From: a virus
Lineage: Duplodnaviria > Caudoviricetes
Strand: one strand, 5' to 3'
Length of the DNA: 64,000 nt
Virus record (IMG/VR): IMGVR_UViG_2600255075_000001
Coordinates: 55,584-119,583 of that record
The position numbers and the translations under genes are program-made. Below the pieces are notes generated by a model. That model ran no database searches and was not told where the DNA came from. It was given only the letters and a program-made list of their open reading frames with translations. Each line of letters opens with the position of its first letter. Positions within the stretch are counted from its first letter, which is position 1. Below are positions 27,099 through 36,421 of this stretch, piece by piece.

Positions 27099-29658
27099 AC
27101 AAATTTATCTATATAGTGTAGATACAAGCGCTTTTTATGACGAATTCGAATACAAAATACATAAAAAACTAAATAAATATTATATTCTAAAAAAGAGTAT
27201 AAAAATCGCTCTCAATACTGCAAAAAAAGATCAAGCAAAGAGAGTACTAAGTAAAATCGGTATCAGAATTAAGAAATATAAACTTCTCCTCGAAGAGAAA
27301 TTGAGCAAAAACACTAATGCTCGCAAATTACGCGAGGACCATCTTATTTCAAGTAAACTTGTCACCGCTTTTGAATCCACTCTTACCCGGACAATAAATG
27401 CTCAGATAAATTGTATCTGTGCCGATCTAATAATTGTGCGCACTTATTATCTTAAAGTGCTTGAAAATCTCATAACACAAGGATTTATATTTAAAAATGA
27501 AAAGTATGTATATTTAACAGCATCAGCTGGTCAGATACGCACTAAAAAGACAGTATTTATCAAGGAGAGTTTATTACAAAAACACCGTGATACATTGACA
27601 TGCGGTTTAACAGTTGAAAAAATAAATAGTCTCGGTGGAGTAAACATAAATAAATACCTTGCCTATCTTGCGCTATGCTTTAGTGCTTCAGATCCTTGGA
27701 AGGACTTCAATATTGATCGAGCAATTGTAGTTGATGATATGGAAACCAATGTGCGAAGCGTTGTGGATTTTGTCGATGACAAGAGTTATGAGATTACGCG
27801 GCAACAGATGGATATACCAATTAATCATACCGATGGTTGCGGAATGGTTCTGCCGAGAAAAAATAAAAAAAGCATGATGGTTCGGCTTCCCTGGGTTAAG
27901 GGGCTACTTGTCCCTTTCCCTTTTGATAAATTCATTAGAGAAAAAAGTAAAAGCTCAAAAGTAAAAGACATTTACGGCAAGGAGTACGATATTATAAAAG
28001 ACCGAATTGAGGTCATCTTTACAAAGAGTCAATTCAAGATGTGGAAATACTATTCTTCGTGGGATGAATACAGAGCGTTCTACAAACTTCATGGTTGTCA
28101 CGCAAGTAAGTGCAACGAAGAAGATGACGTTTTTAGAAAAGCTAAACTTAATTATCAAATGTTACAGACGCTTACCGACTTTTCAGATAACGAATTAATG
28201 TCTGTAAGTGCAAAGACGATTGAGAAGATAAACAATATCGGCAGAGATCGCGATACCATGCTAAGTATTCTTGGGGTAAAAGAGAGCAATAACAAGGATT
28301 ATTTCCAACAAGCGCTGGAGTTATATCCCGAATTACTTAACGATACATATAGCAGAGAAGTTCTAAAACAGGTCAAGAAAAGCATCGTCAAAGAAGCCAA
28401 ATCAGGAAAAATTGACGTAGAAGGTTACTACACATTTGTATCTCCAGATCTTTATGCGTTCTGCGAGTATCTATTTCTAAATGACTTAACACCCGCGGGA
28501 CTACTTGATAATGGCCAAGTTTACTGTAGTTTGTTTAAAGAATATTCAACTCTCGATTGTCTTAGGAGTCCTCATTTATATCGAGAGCACGCAGTGCGTC
28601 AGAATATTGTCGATAAAGAAAAAAGTCGATGGTTTGTTACTAAAGGAGTCTATACTAGTTGTCATGATCCTATAAGTAAACTTCTTCAGTTCGATGTGGA
28701 TGGCGACAAGAGTCTTGTCTGTGCGGACAGCGTTATTATTGATGTAGCCAAGAGAAATATGAAAGAAATTGTTCCTTTGTATTACAATATGTCCAAAGCT
28801 GAGGCTCAAATGATAACCGATGCCGAAGTTTATAATGGCTTAGCTGCCGCTTACACCGGCGGCAACATCGGGCTCTATAGCAACAATATCACTAAGATTT
28901 GGAACAGTGAAAATCCTAATCTGGACGTAATTAAGCTACTCTGTTGTGAAAATAACTTTGTGATTGATTATGCTAAAACATTATATAAACCAACAAGACC
29001 TGACAGTATGGCAAAACTAATTAAAGGCTACACTAAGGCTAAAAATCCTAACTTCTTTATTTATGCAAAAGATAAATCTAAGGATAGTGTAGAAAATGCC
29101 AACGCTAGTGTAGTGAATAGATTGCAAAAATTGATTCCTAATCCACGACTGAATTTTCGAGCTGCAAACTTAGGACAATTTACTTACAAAACGCTTTTAA
29201 GCGACACAAACAAATACATAGATGTATCGAAAGAAAATAATTTAATTGAGAAATTTAAAGAGCTTGATTTGAAACGAAGATTCTTTTCTCTTGTTGATGA
29301 AGAAGACCTATACAGCAAATCTTATCGGTATAAGGAAATCAGAGATATTCTACTCGATTATAATACAAATATTAATTATATTGTGGACGTATTAGTTGAG
29401 TATTTGTATGTGTATAAAAAAAGTAGCTATAAAACAACACTTTGGAGCAGTTTTGGAGATGTCATTGTTGAAAACATCAAAAGAAACGTGACTCACCCTT
29501 TAAAAGGCGGCTATATTTTGTGTAATGTATGTGGGGATAGGATTTTAGAAACAAGTAACCGAAGAAAATATTGTGAACGCTGCTGGAAAGAGGAACAAAA
29601 AAGGATAAAAAGAGAAAGTTGGCACAAGCATAAAAGTAAATATAGAAAAACCTGCTAG
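27085..29658 (+). CDS. yonO: YonO-like single-subunit DNA-dependent RNA polymerase; probable ATC start
   Basis: TASAGQIR, HTDGCG, RLPWVKG, RSPH and QFDVDGD catalytic motif; frame open 72 codons upstream of track start, AGGAGGT at 27071-27077. Confidence 0.9.
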   Translation: MSLDKQIYLYSVDTSAFYDEFEYKIHKKLNKYYILKKSIKIALNTAKKDQAKRVLSKIGIRIKKYKLLLEEKLSKNTNARKLREDHLISSKLVTAFESTLTRTINAQINCICADLIIVRTYYLKVLENLITQGFIFKNEKYVYLTASAGQIRTKKTVFIKESLLQKHRDTLTCGLTVEKINSLGGVNINKYLAYLALCFSASDPWKDFNIDRAIVVDDMETNVRSVVDFVDDKSYEITRQQMDIPINHTDGCGMVLPRKNKKSMMVRLPWVKGLLVPFPFDKFIREKSKSSKVKDIYGKEYDIIKDRIEVIFTKSQFKMWKYYSSWDEYRAFYKLHGCHASKCNEEDDVFRKAKLNYQMLQTLTDFSDNELMSVSAKTIEKINNIGRDRDTMLSILGVKESNNKDYFQQALELYPELLNDTYSREVLKQVKKSIVKEAKSGKIDVEGYYTFVSPDLYAFCEYLFLNDLTPAGLLDNGQVYCSLFKEYSTLDCLRSPHLYREHAVRQNIVDKEKSRWFVTKGVYTSCHDPISKLLQFDVDGDKSLVCADSVIIDVAKRNMKEIVPLYYNMSKAEAQMITDAEVYNGLAAAYTGGNIGLYSNNITKIWNSENPNLDVIKLLCCENNFVIDYAKTLYKPTRPDSMAKLIKGYTKAKNPNFFIYAKDKSKDSVENANASVVNRLQKLIPNPRLNFRAANLGQFTYKTLLSDTNKYIDVSKENNLIEKFKELDLKRRFFSLVDEEDLYSKSYRYKEIRDILLDYNTNINYIVDVLVEYLYVYKKSSYKTTLWSSFGDVIVENIKRNVTHPLKGGYILCNVCGDRILETSNRRKYCERCWKEEQKRIKRESWHKHKSKYRKTC

Positions 29659-29905
29659 AATTTTAGAAAGATGCTGTAACCCTTGCTACGCTTGGCTTTC
29701 TGTTGATTATAGTAGCATAAAATTAAAAATTACATACCTATATTGGCTTATTTAAAGCCTTTTTAGTCAAATCGCTTAATCGTATTAAAGGGAGATGTAT
29801 ATCAACAACCAGCGCAGAAAACTTGAGTGATGTTCACTCCTTCCTAATTCATTTAAACAATTGCTTTAACCGATATAAAAATATTGAAATTTATAAAGGA
29901 GAACG

Positions 29906-30190
29906 ATGATTATGAATAAAGACCAATTAGTAAAACAGGTAGCAAATGATACCAACTTAAGCAATAAAGATGTCGATCTAACAATCAATCATGCCTTAGA
30001 AGTAATTAAGCAGGCACTGTCAAATGGAGACAAAGTTACACTTCATGGTTTCGGCAGCTTTGAAAATCGAACTCGTGCTGCACGCAAAGGTCGTAATCCT
30101 CAAACCGGCGAAGAGATGCTGATTCCGGAATCTAAGAGACCAGCATTTTCTGCAGGAAAAAAATTTAAAGACGCCCTTAATTGCAAATAA
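29906..30190 (+). CDS. hup: HU-family DNA-binding protein
   Basis: GFGSF...RAARKGRNPQTGE...PAFSAGK. Confidence 0.95.
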   Translation: MIMNKDQLVKQVANDTNLSNKDVDLTINHALEVIKQALSNGDKVTLHGFGSFENRTRAARKGRNPQTGEEMLIPESKRPAFSAGKKFKDALNCK

Positions 30191-30204
30191 TACTTTGATA
30201 ATCC

Positions 30205-30230
30205 ACCCCTCGTCATGTGCGAGGGGCTTT
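30205..30230 (+). terminator. probable intrinsic terminator
   Basis: CCCCTCG...CGAGGGG stem then T residues. Confidence 0.55.
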
Positions 30231-30285
30231 GTTCGTTATTCGTTAAGTAAATAAAATAATAATTTCATGGGAGTGAAAGCGCTAG

Positions 30286-30483
30286 ATGTCAAAAAAGAAT
30301 CATGATAAAAGCTCGTTCAATCGGACGGGTTTATTTGATTATGAAAAAATGACTATTAACTATGAAGATAAGAATGGAGTTTACACTTTTAACCTGAAAT
30401 CCGCCCTCGAAAAGTTAGACGGTCAAAATATTTCCCTCAGTGTTGAAGCCGAGACTCCTGCAGCCATAGTTGACGAGGAATAA
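30286..30483 (+). CDS. YonK-like small protein
   Basis: Size, position after HU, and LDGQNISLSV pattern. Confidence 0.65.
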   Translation: MSKKNHDKSSFNRTGLFDYEKMTINYEDKNGVYTFNLKSALEKLDGQNISLSVEAETPAAIVDEE

Positions 30484-30486
30484 GAT

Positions 30487-31692
30487 ATGGATCAACCAGA
30501 AACATTTAGGAAGCCGGGCGAAGACTTAGACGATTATCTTGTCCGTCTCGGAGATAACTTTGATTTATACGGTTTGACATGGACTACCGCCTCTTCCCTG
30601 CTCAACTCAGAGGCAGAAGATGAATATAGTGAGTCAAAATGGAGAAAAGACTATAACTGTTATTTACGATGGAAAGATAAATTAACTCTTAAGTTATCCA
30701 ATGACGGAGAGTATCTACAAGAAATTCATGATAAAACAACTGAATTACTTAAGGAAAAAATACGACTCCAAGACCAGAAGCGAGAATATACAACTACTGT
30801 TCGATACCAGGCTCGTTTTGAACATCTAAAAAATGAAATACATAAGTCAATTCTAGCATTGGCAAAAATTAAACCCTTAAACTTTCAATCACCTGCACCG
30901 GTATTTTCAGATGTCAGAGCAAACATTTTATGGTCGGATTGGCACTACGGCAGCGATTTTAAAAACAGTCTCAATGAATACAACCCGGATATTTTCAGAG
31001 CCAGGCTACAAAGATTAGTTTCCCAAACCATAAAATATATCAAACTGCACAAAGTTAATACTTTGACAGTTGGAGCTCTTGGCGATTTCCTTGCTGGCGC
31101 TATCCATATATCTAACCGTGTACAATCCAGCGAGACGATTATCGAACAAATCCAAGTCGTTTCCGAAGCTCTTGCAGAGTCATTAGCCGAGCTATCAAAA
31201 CATGTGCAGCAGATTTGCTTTATCAATATCATTGGTAACCACGCTAGGCTAATACCGAACAAAACCGAATCTATTTTAAATGAAAACCTTGAAAACCTAA
31301 TCCCTTGGTATCTGCATAGTCGCTTAAAAGATTTCAAGAATGTCGAGATATGCCAGGATACAGACGGCTATTATGTAGACAATTCCTTCTCGCCTAGCCA
31401 TGTTTACGTTCATGGAGATTTAGACCATGTGTCAAGCGTAGCTAAAACAATCCCCCAGGTTATTGGTGTTGTACCGAGGTATATTTTCTGCGGGCACATC
31501 CATCATGACACAGTAAAGGAGCATGGCAGAACTAAGGTTATCTCGAATGGGTCGTTAATTGGTGTAGATGATTACGCTGTATCTAAACGCTTATACGCTG
31601 AACCAATGCAAAAAATGCACATATTTAATGGTGACAGAATTGAGTACACCATTGATATCCCACTGAATAGATGTGATGTGAATGAAAAATGA
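30487..31692 (+). CDS. calcineurin-like metallophosphoesterase (YonJ-like)
   Basis: SDWHYG, GD, GNH, HGD, GHIH motifs. Confidence 0.88.
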   Translation: MDQPETFRKPGEDLDDYLVRLGDNFDLYGLTWTTASSLLNSEAEDEYSESKWRKDYNCYLRWKDKLTLKLSNDGEYLQEIHDKTTELLKEKIRLQDQKREYTTTVRYQARFEHLKNEIHKSILALAKIKPLNFQSPAPVFSDVRANILWSDWHYGSDFKNSLNEYNPDIFRARLQRLVSQTIKYIKLHKVNTLTVGALGDFLAGAIHISNRVQSSETIIEQIQVVSEALAESLAELSKHVQQICFINIIGNHARLIPNKTESILNENLENLIPWYLHSRLKDFKNVEICQDTDGYYVDNSFSPSHVYVHGDLDHVSSVAKTIPQVIGVVPRYIFCGHIHHDTVKEHGRTKVISNGSLIGVDDYAVSKRLYAEPMQKMHIFNGDRIEYTIDIPLNRCDVNEK

Positions 31693-31915
31693 TATTTCTC
31701 CAATTAACGTAATCGTTCTAAGTGATTTTGAAAAAGAATCCGATTGTATGATAGCTGCATGTTTGGATATCTTGGAAACTTGCAAGTCAAGAATTGATAA
31801 TGAGTCGGTATTACGTATGGTTGCACAGGAAATACGGGAGATTACCTTGCGCGAAATCCTTACAAAAGAAATACAGATGAAAGCGGCAATTCTCGAACAA
31901 ACAAAGAGTTGGTAA
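31682..31915 (+). CDS. hypothetical protein
   Basis: 77-aa ORF overlapping previous stop. Confidence 0.55.
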   Translation: MKNDISPINVIVLSDFEKESDCMIAACLDILETCKSRIDNESVLRMVAQEIREITLREILTKEIQMKAAILEQTKSW

Positions 31916-32079
31916 GCATATGAGCAAATATCAAGCACATCAGATCGAAATGATTTGGTGTGTTTTCATTTATTCATAAAAGAATGTGGGTAACTCTTTT
32001 TAAAGGGTTTATAAATAGGTTTCTCTCCCCCCTACTCACCTTCTTTATTATCTAGGGGGATATTTAAGGTGGTGAAATA

Positions 32080-33150
32080 ATGCCAAAACTAAAAAACAAT
32101 GCTCCAACTATTGAAGAATCAAAAGATAAAACATGTACTTCTTGCGGGAAAACTAAAAAAATGAGAATAGACTTTTATATGTCAAATTCAAAACATCATT
32201 CTGACAGGCGCTATCCTGTATGTAAGGTATGTATTAAGAAAGATTTGAATATTAACGAACAGAGTAGTATTCGATCTGTTCTACTAGAGATGAATAGACC
32301 CTTTCTTTTTAACGTTTGGTCTAATGCATTGATTGAAGCTGAAAAAAAGAACTCAGACCCTTTTGGACTCTACCTTAAAAGTATCCAATTATCATATAAA
32401 GAATTGACCTGGCCAGATTCAGATGTGGAGTATGTGGGGCCTCTAATCGAAAACAAAATAAATCCAACAGCTACTTCTGATCAAATAAATATCTTAATCA
32501 ACACAAATGATAAAAGGAACGAAGAAGATGTAGTAACCATGCTTGGATACGATCCCTTTGTAGTTGAGACGGCAGCAGATAGAATATTTCTATTTGGAAG
32601 ACTTGTCGATTTTCTAGATGAAAGTACGTTAGAAGACGGTTTTAAGCTGCCAGCAGTTGTTGAAATAGTTAAGACATTCCATCAAATAGATAAAATAAAT
32701 GCTCAGCTATCCTCTATTATGACGGATTCGAAATCTGTTGCAAGTAATATTGGAGGCATTACATCTCTTGTCAATGCTAAAGAGAAAATGCTTAAATCTG
32801 TTTTAGCTCTAGCAAAAGATAATGGTATCTCTGTAAATCATAACAATAATAAAAGTAAAGGCTCTGGCACTCTTTCAGGTATTATCAAAACCCTCCATGA
32901 AAATGGATTTGACGAGGCGCAAGTTAACCTCTTCGATATTGAAACTTCCGAAGGAATGTTACAGGTTGCAGACATCAGCAATCGAAGTATCTTAAATCAG
33001 CTACAATTTGATGAAAATGATTATGTTTCAATGCTAACTGAACAAAGAGAATTGATTCAGGAACTAGATAAAAAAGTTTTGGCTCTTGAGGAAGAAAATA
33101 GATTATTAAAAAGAAATGAAAAGAAACAGGGCTTAGGCAATGATAAATAA
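32080..33150 (+). CDS. Zn-finger protein, putative terminase small subunit
   Basis: CTSC...CKVC; immediately upstream of and overlapping terL. Confidence 0.65.
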   Translation: MPKLKNNAPTIEESKDKTCTSCGKTKKMRIDFYMSNSKHHSDRRYPVCKVCIKKDLNINEQSSIRSVLLEMNRPFLFNVWSNALIEAEKKNSDPFGLYLKSIQLSYKELTWPDSDVEYVGPLIENKINPTATSDQINILINTNDKRNEEDVVTMLGYDPFVVETAADRIFLFGRLVDFLDESTLEDGFKLPAVVEIVKTFHQIDKINAQLSSIMTDSKSVASNIGGITSLVNAKEKMLKSVLALAKDNGISVNHNNNKSKGSGTLSGIIKTLHENGFDEAQVNLFDIETSEGMLQVADISNRSILNQLQFDENDYVSMLTEQRELIQELDKKVLALEEENRLLKRNEKKQGLGNDK

Positions 33151-34939
33151 AAATATGTCACAACGAAAAATTGATGGCTATTTAAAATTAGTAGAAGTTA
33201 TTCAATGGGGCAGAAGATACCCCGTCCGATTTGTAGAACGTTTTTTTGGCATTGAGCTTCTCGACTATCAAAAATACATCTTTATGCAAAGCTGGTCTAC
33301 CCCTTTTGTACTTTGGGTTATGAGCCGGAATGCTGGGAAAACTACTCTTGGCTCCCCTTTCATCATGGCAAAAAGTCTATTGGTTCCTAATTTGCAAGTA
33401 TACATATTGGCAGGCGTGGGTAGTCAAAGCCAGGAAATGTTTATGAAAATTGAAAAAATTGCAAAAAGAGAAATTGCCTCATTTACCGGTTTAACAGATA
33501 TATTTTATAACGAAACAATTAAAAGTGCCGCGAATACAGACGGCTTTACACACAATCCCGCCTCATTTCAGTACAAATTATATAATAACAGCGCTGTTAA
33601 CTCTCTAAATGGAGCTTTTGATAATAACCGCTCTAAGCGTTCTAATCTAAACTTTTATGACGAAAGCGGATTTGCTCCCGATGATTTATTCTTAACCTCC
33701 GAACCTTTTACTGTGCAAAATAGCGATTTTAGACTTGGCGGCGAAGTTGATGTAACTATGTTGCCAAAACAATTTCCCAATCAATTAATTTATGCGTCTT
33801 CTGCATCATCGACTGATACATATTTTTTCAGTAAGTATCGTGATTTTGCGCAAAAAATGTTTCTCGGTGACAAAAGGTACTTTGTAGCAGATATTAGTTG
33901 TGATTTGGTGATTAATGCCACACATAACGGTAAGAAGTACCCTGTTTCACTCCTATCGCAAGAAACCGTTGACGCCGCGATGCGAGATAATAAAGAAAAA
34001 GCTATGCGCGAGTATAAAAATGTTTTCTCCACTGAAGGAGGAAATGATCAAATTGTTAAACGTGCAGCTATCATCAGAAACTCCGAATTACGCCCTCCCA
34101 CCTTAGCAAATGAAGGGGGATCAAGGTATATAATTGCATATGATCCCGCTCGAAGTTATGATAATTCGGTTGCTATTGTTGGAGAAATTATATGTGATGA
34201 GCAAATTGGATATAAATTAAAAATATGCAATGCTGTTAGTTTTTCAGATATGGCAAAAAAGAAAAAGACACCTATGCGTACTCCGGAACAAACCGAATTC
34301 ATTAAACAAATGATATTAGACTATAATGGTGCAGGTTTTGCTGATTACGAGAACATAGAAGCTTTATTAATTGATTCGGGCGCAGGTGGAGGCGGTACGA
34401 TTATCTCCGACTACTTTATGGAACAATGGCTTGATAAGGGCGGCCGTCTTCATAAGGGATTAATCGATAAGATCGAATCGGCAGACTATATAAATAAGTT
34501 TCCTTCTGCTGTAGACAAAATAAAACTTCTTTCTCCAAAAAAATACAAAAAAGATATGTTTGAAGCACTAATTGAAATGATGAATCTGGACTTAATTTCA
34601 TTTACGGATACTTATGATAATAAGGGCATTATCCTTACCAACAGACTCGATGATAAAGGCAATGTAACAGAAAGTAAATACAAGTTGTCCAATGATGAGA
34701 TTACATCATTAATTCAATTAGATCTGGCAAAAGAAGAACTGGTTAGCATCTATCGATTTGAAAGCACAAACGGAAATTGCCGATATGATTTACCGCCCGA
34801 CAAGCAAAGCAAAATGCATGACGACCGAGCATATTGTGTTGCAATGCTTGCCTGGTATCTTCAACAGCTTAGACGCGAAAGCATTACAAATAAGTCTCGA
34901 CCCAAAAGCGACATTTCAAGGTATGTATTTTATAACTAG
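33140..34939 (+). CDS. terL: terminase large subunit
   Basis: Walker A SRNAGKT, Walker B FYDE, nuclease YDPARS and HDDRAY. Confidence 0.92.
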   Translation: MINKNMSQRKIDGYLKLVEVIQWGRRYPVRFVERFFGIELLDYQKYIFMQSWSTPFVLWVMSRNAGKTTLGSPFIMAKSLLVPNLQVYILAGVGSQSQEMFMKIEKIAKREIASFTGLTDIFYNETIKSAANTDGFTHNPASFQYKLYNNSAVNSLNGAFDNNRSKRSNLNFYDESGFAPDDLFLTSEPFTVQNSDFRLGGEVDVTMLPKQFPNQLIYASSASSTDTYFFSKYRDFAQKMFLGDKRYFVADISCDLVINATHNGKKYPVSLLSQETVDAAMRDNKEKAMREYKNVFSTEGGNDQIVKRAAIIRNSELRPPTLANEGGSRYIIAYDPARSYDNSVAIVGEIICDEQIGYKLKICNAVSFSDMAKKKKTPMRTPEQTEFIKQMILDYNGAGFADYENIEALLIDSGAGGGGTIISDYFMEQWLDKGGRLHKGLIDKIESADYINKFPSAVDKIKLLSPKKYKKDMFEALIEMMNLDLISFTDTYDNKGIILTNRLDDKGNVTESKYKLSNDEITSLIQLDLAKEELVSIYRFESTNGNCRYDLPPDKQSKMHDDRAYCVAMLAWYLQQLRRESITNKSRPKSDISRYVFYN

Positions 34940-34961
34940 AAATTCAAGGAGGTGAGCCAAT

Positions 34962-36404
34962 ATCGGTCCACCAACAAGAGATGTAGTCCAATATGAAAAA
35001 TTATCGCAAGGGATATATGCACTATCTTACAAAACAAATTCGACTAAGCTAAAGTTTACCAAAGACCAGGTATTCTCAATACTGGAGAGCAACGATGAAG
35101 AGAAGTTACGAAATGCATCTCACTACTTCTTCTCTATTTCAGGCCAATATAGAAATTTAATACAACACTATTCCACTATTCTAACTTACAGCTACCTCAC
35201 AATACCCAGAGTAAAAGATAAATCATTATATAGTAATGTTAGGTTCCAAAACGACTTTCAAAAAGTTCTTGACTATACAGATAAAGCCTACATCGAGGAA
35301 TCCTGTAGATTCATTGCGTTAGTGACTTTAATGGATGGAGTATTCTATGGTTATGAACGCCAGTTAGATGACGTTATTACTCTACAGCAGCTCCCTCCGC
35401 AATTTTGTCGATCTAAATATAAAATAAATGGTTCTTATGCTATTGAGTTTAATTTACGCTTTTTCGATACGTATAAAGATATCCAATTGAAGTTAAAGTT
35501 GTTTGAAATGTTCCCTGAAGATTTTTTGCAATTATACCTGGATTATAAAGATGGAAAATCGACCGAATGGGTTCAATTAAATCCGAGTTATGCAAGATGT
35601 CATAAATTTCAAGATGACGCCAGACCAATGTTGGCAGACATATTCCCTGAGTTAATAAACCTTAAGGAATACAAAGAATTAGATAAATCAAAAACAAAAA
35701 TGGATTTATATAAATTGATCGTTCAGAAGCTTCCAGTAGATGACGATGGAGAACCTACGATTTTATTAGAAGAAGCTAAGGCGCTACATTCTAATGCCAA
35801 AAAAATGATTTCACAAGAAGGTATAGATGTACTAACAACTCCCCTCGAAGTTCAAGGTGTTAACCTGCAGGAACGAGGATCGACAATCAATGACAACATT
35901 AATAGAGCAAATAATATGGTTTTTGATGAAGCCGGTGCTTCACGAATTATATTCAATGGAGGTTCCGATGGTGGCAGTATTGGACTTTCATACTCCATTA
36001 ATGTAGACGAAAACACGATGTTTCCATTACTTGACCAATTTAAAAGATGGTATGACAACAAGTTTAAATCGTTAGTTAATACAAAAAATTATTGGTTTGA
36101 AAATCTATTTCCTGAAGTCACAAGATTTAACTGGAAGGAAAAATACGATCAGTATAAAGATGCTGCTACGCTTGGTTATTCAAAGTTATTGCCCATTGTA
36201 ACAATGGGTATAAAGCAAACCACATTCTTAAACCTGCTTCAATATGAGAATGATTTGCTAGGTTTGAATGATTTAATGTCCCCTCTTCGCTCTACTCATA
36301 CGCAAAGTGGTGAACAAGGGCGACCAGAGCAAGGTGAAAAATCTTTAAGCGAAAAAGGAATAGAAACGAGAAATAAAAATGGGAATAAAAATAGATCTAA
36401 ATAG
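34962..36404 (+). CDS. portal protein; probable ATC start
   Basis: Position after terL; frame open from 34956 after in-frame TGA 34953; AGGAGGTG at 34947-34954; C-terminal GRP motif. Confidence 0.8.
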   Translation: MGPPTRDVVQYEKLSQGIYALSYKTNSTKLKFTKDQVFSILESNDEEKLRNASHYFFSISGQYRNLIQHYSTILTYSYLTIPRVKDKSLYSNVRFQNDFQKVLDYTDKAYIEESCRFIALVTLMDGVFYGYERQLDDVITLQQLPPQFCRSKYKINGSYAIEFNLRFFDTYKDIQLKLKLFEMFPEDFLQLYLDYKDGKSTEWVQLNPSYARCHKFQDDARPMLADIFPELINLKEYKELDKSKTKMDLYKLIVQKLPVDDDGEPTILLEEAKALHSNAKKMISQEGIDVLTTPLEVQGVNLQERGSTINDNINRANNMVFDEAGASRIIFNGGSDGGSIGLSYSINVDENTMFPLLDQFKRWYDNKFKSLVNTKNYWFENLFPEVTRFNWKEKYDQYKDAATLGYSKLLPIVTMGIKQTTFLNLLQYENDLLGLNDLMSPLRSTHTQSGEQGRPEQGEKSLSEKGIETRNKNGNKNRSK

Positions 36405-36421
36405 GAAAGGAGGTGTTAAGA

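Noticed and set aside
27085-29658. RNA-dependent RNA polymerase or reverse transcriptase call
   Set aside because: No YxDD RT motif; context and FDVDGD motif fit YonO-type DNA-dependent RNAP
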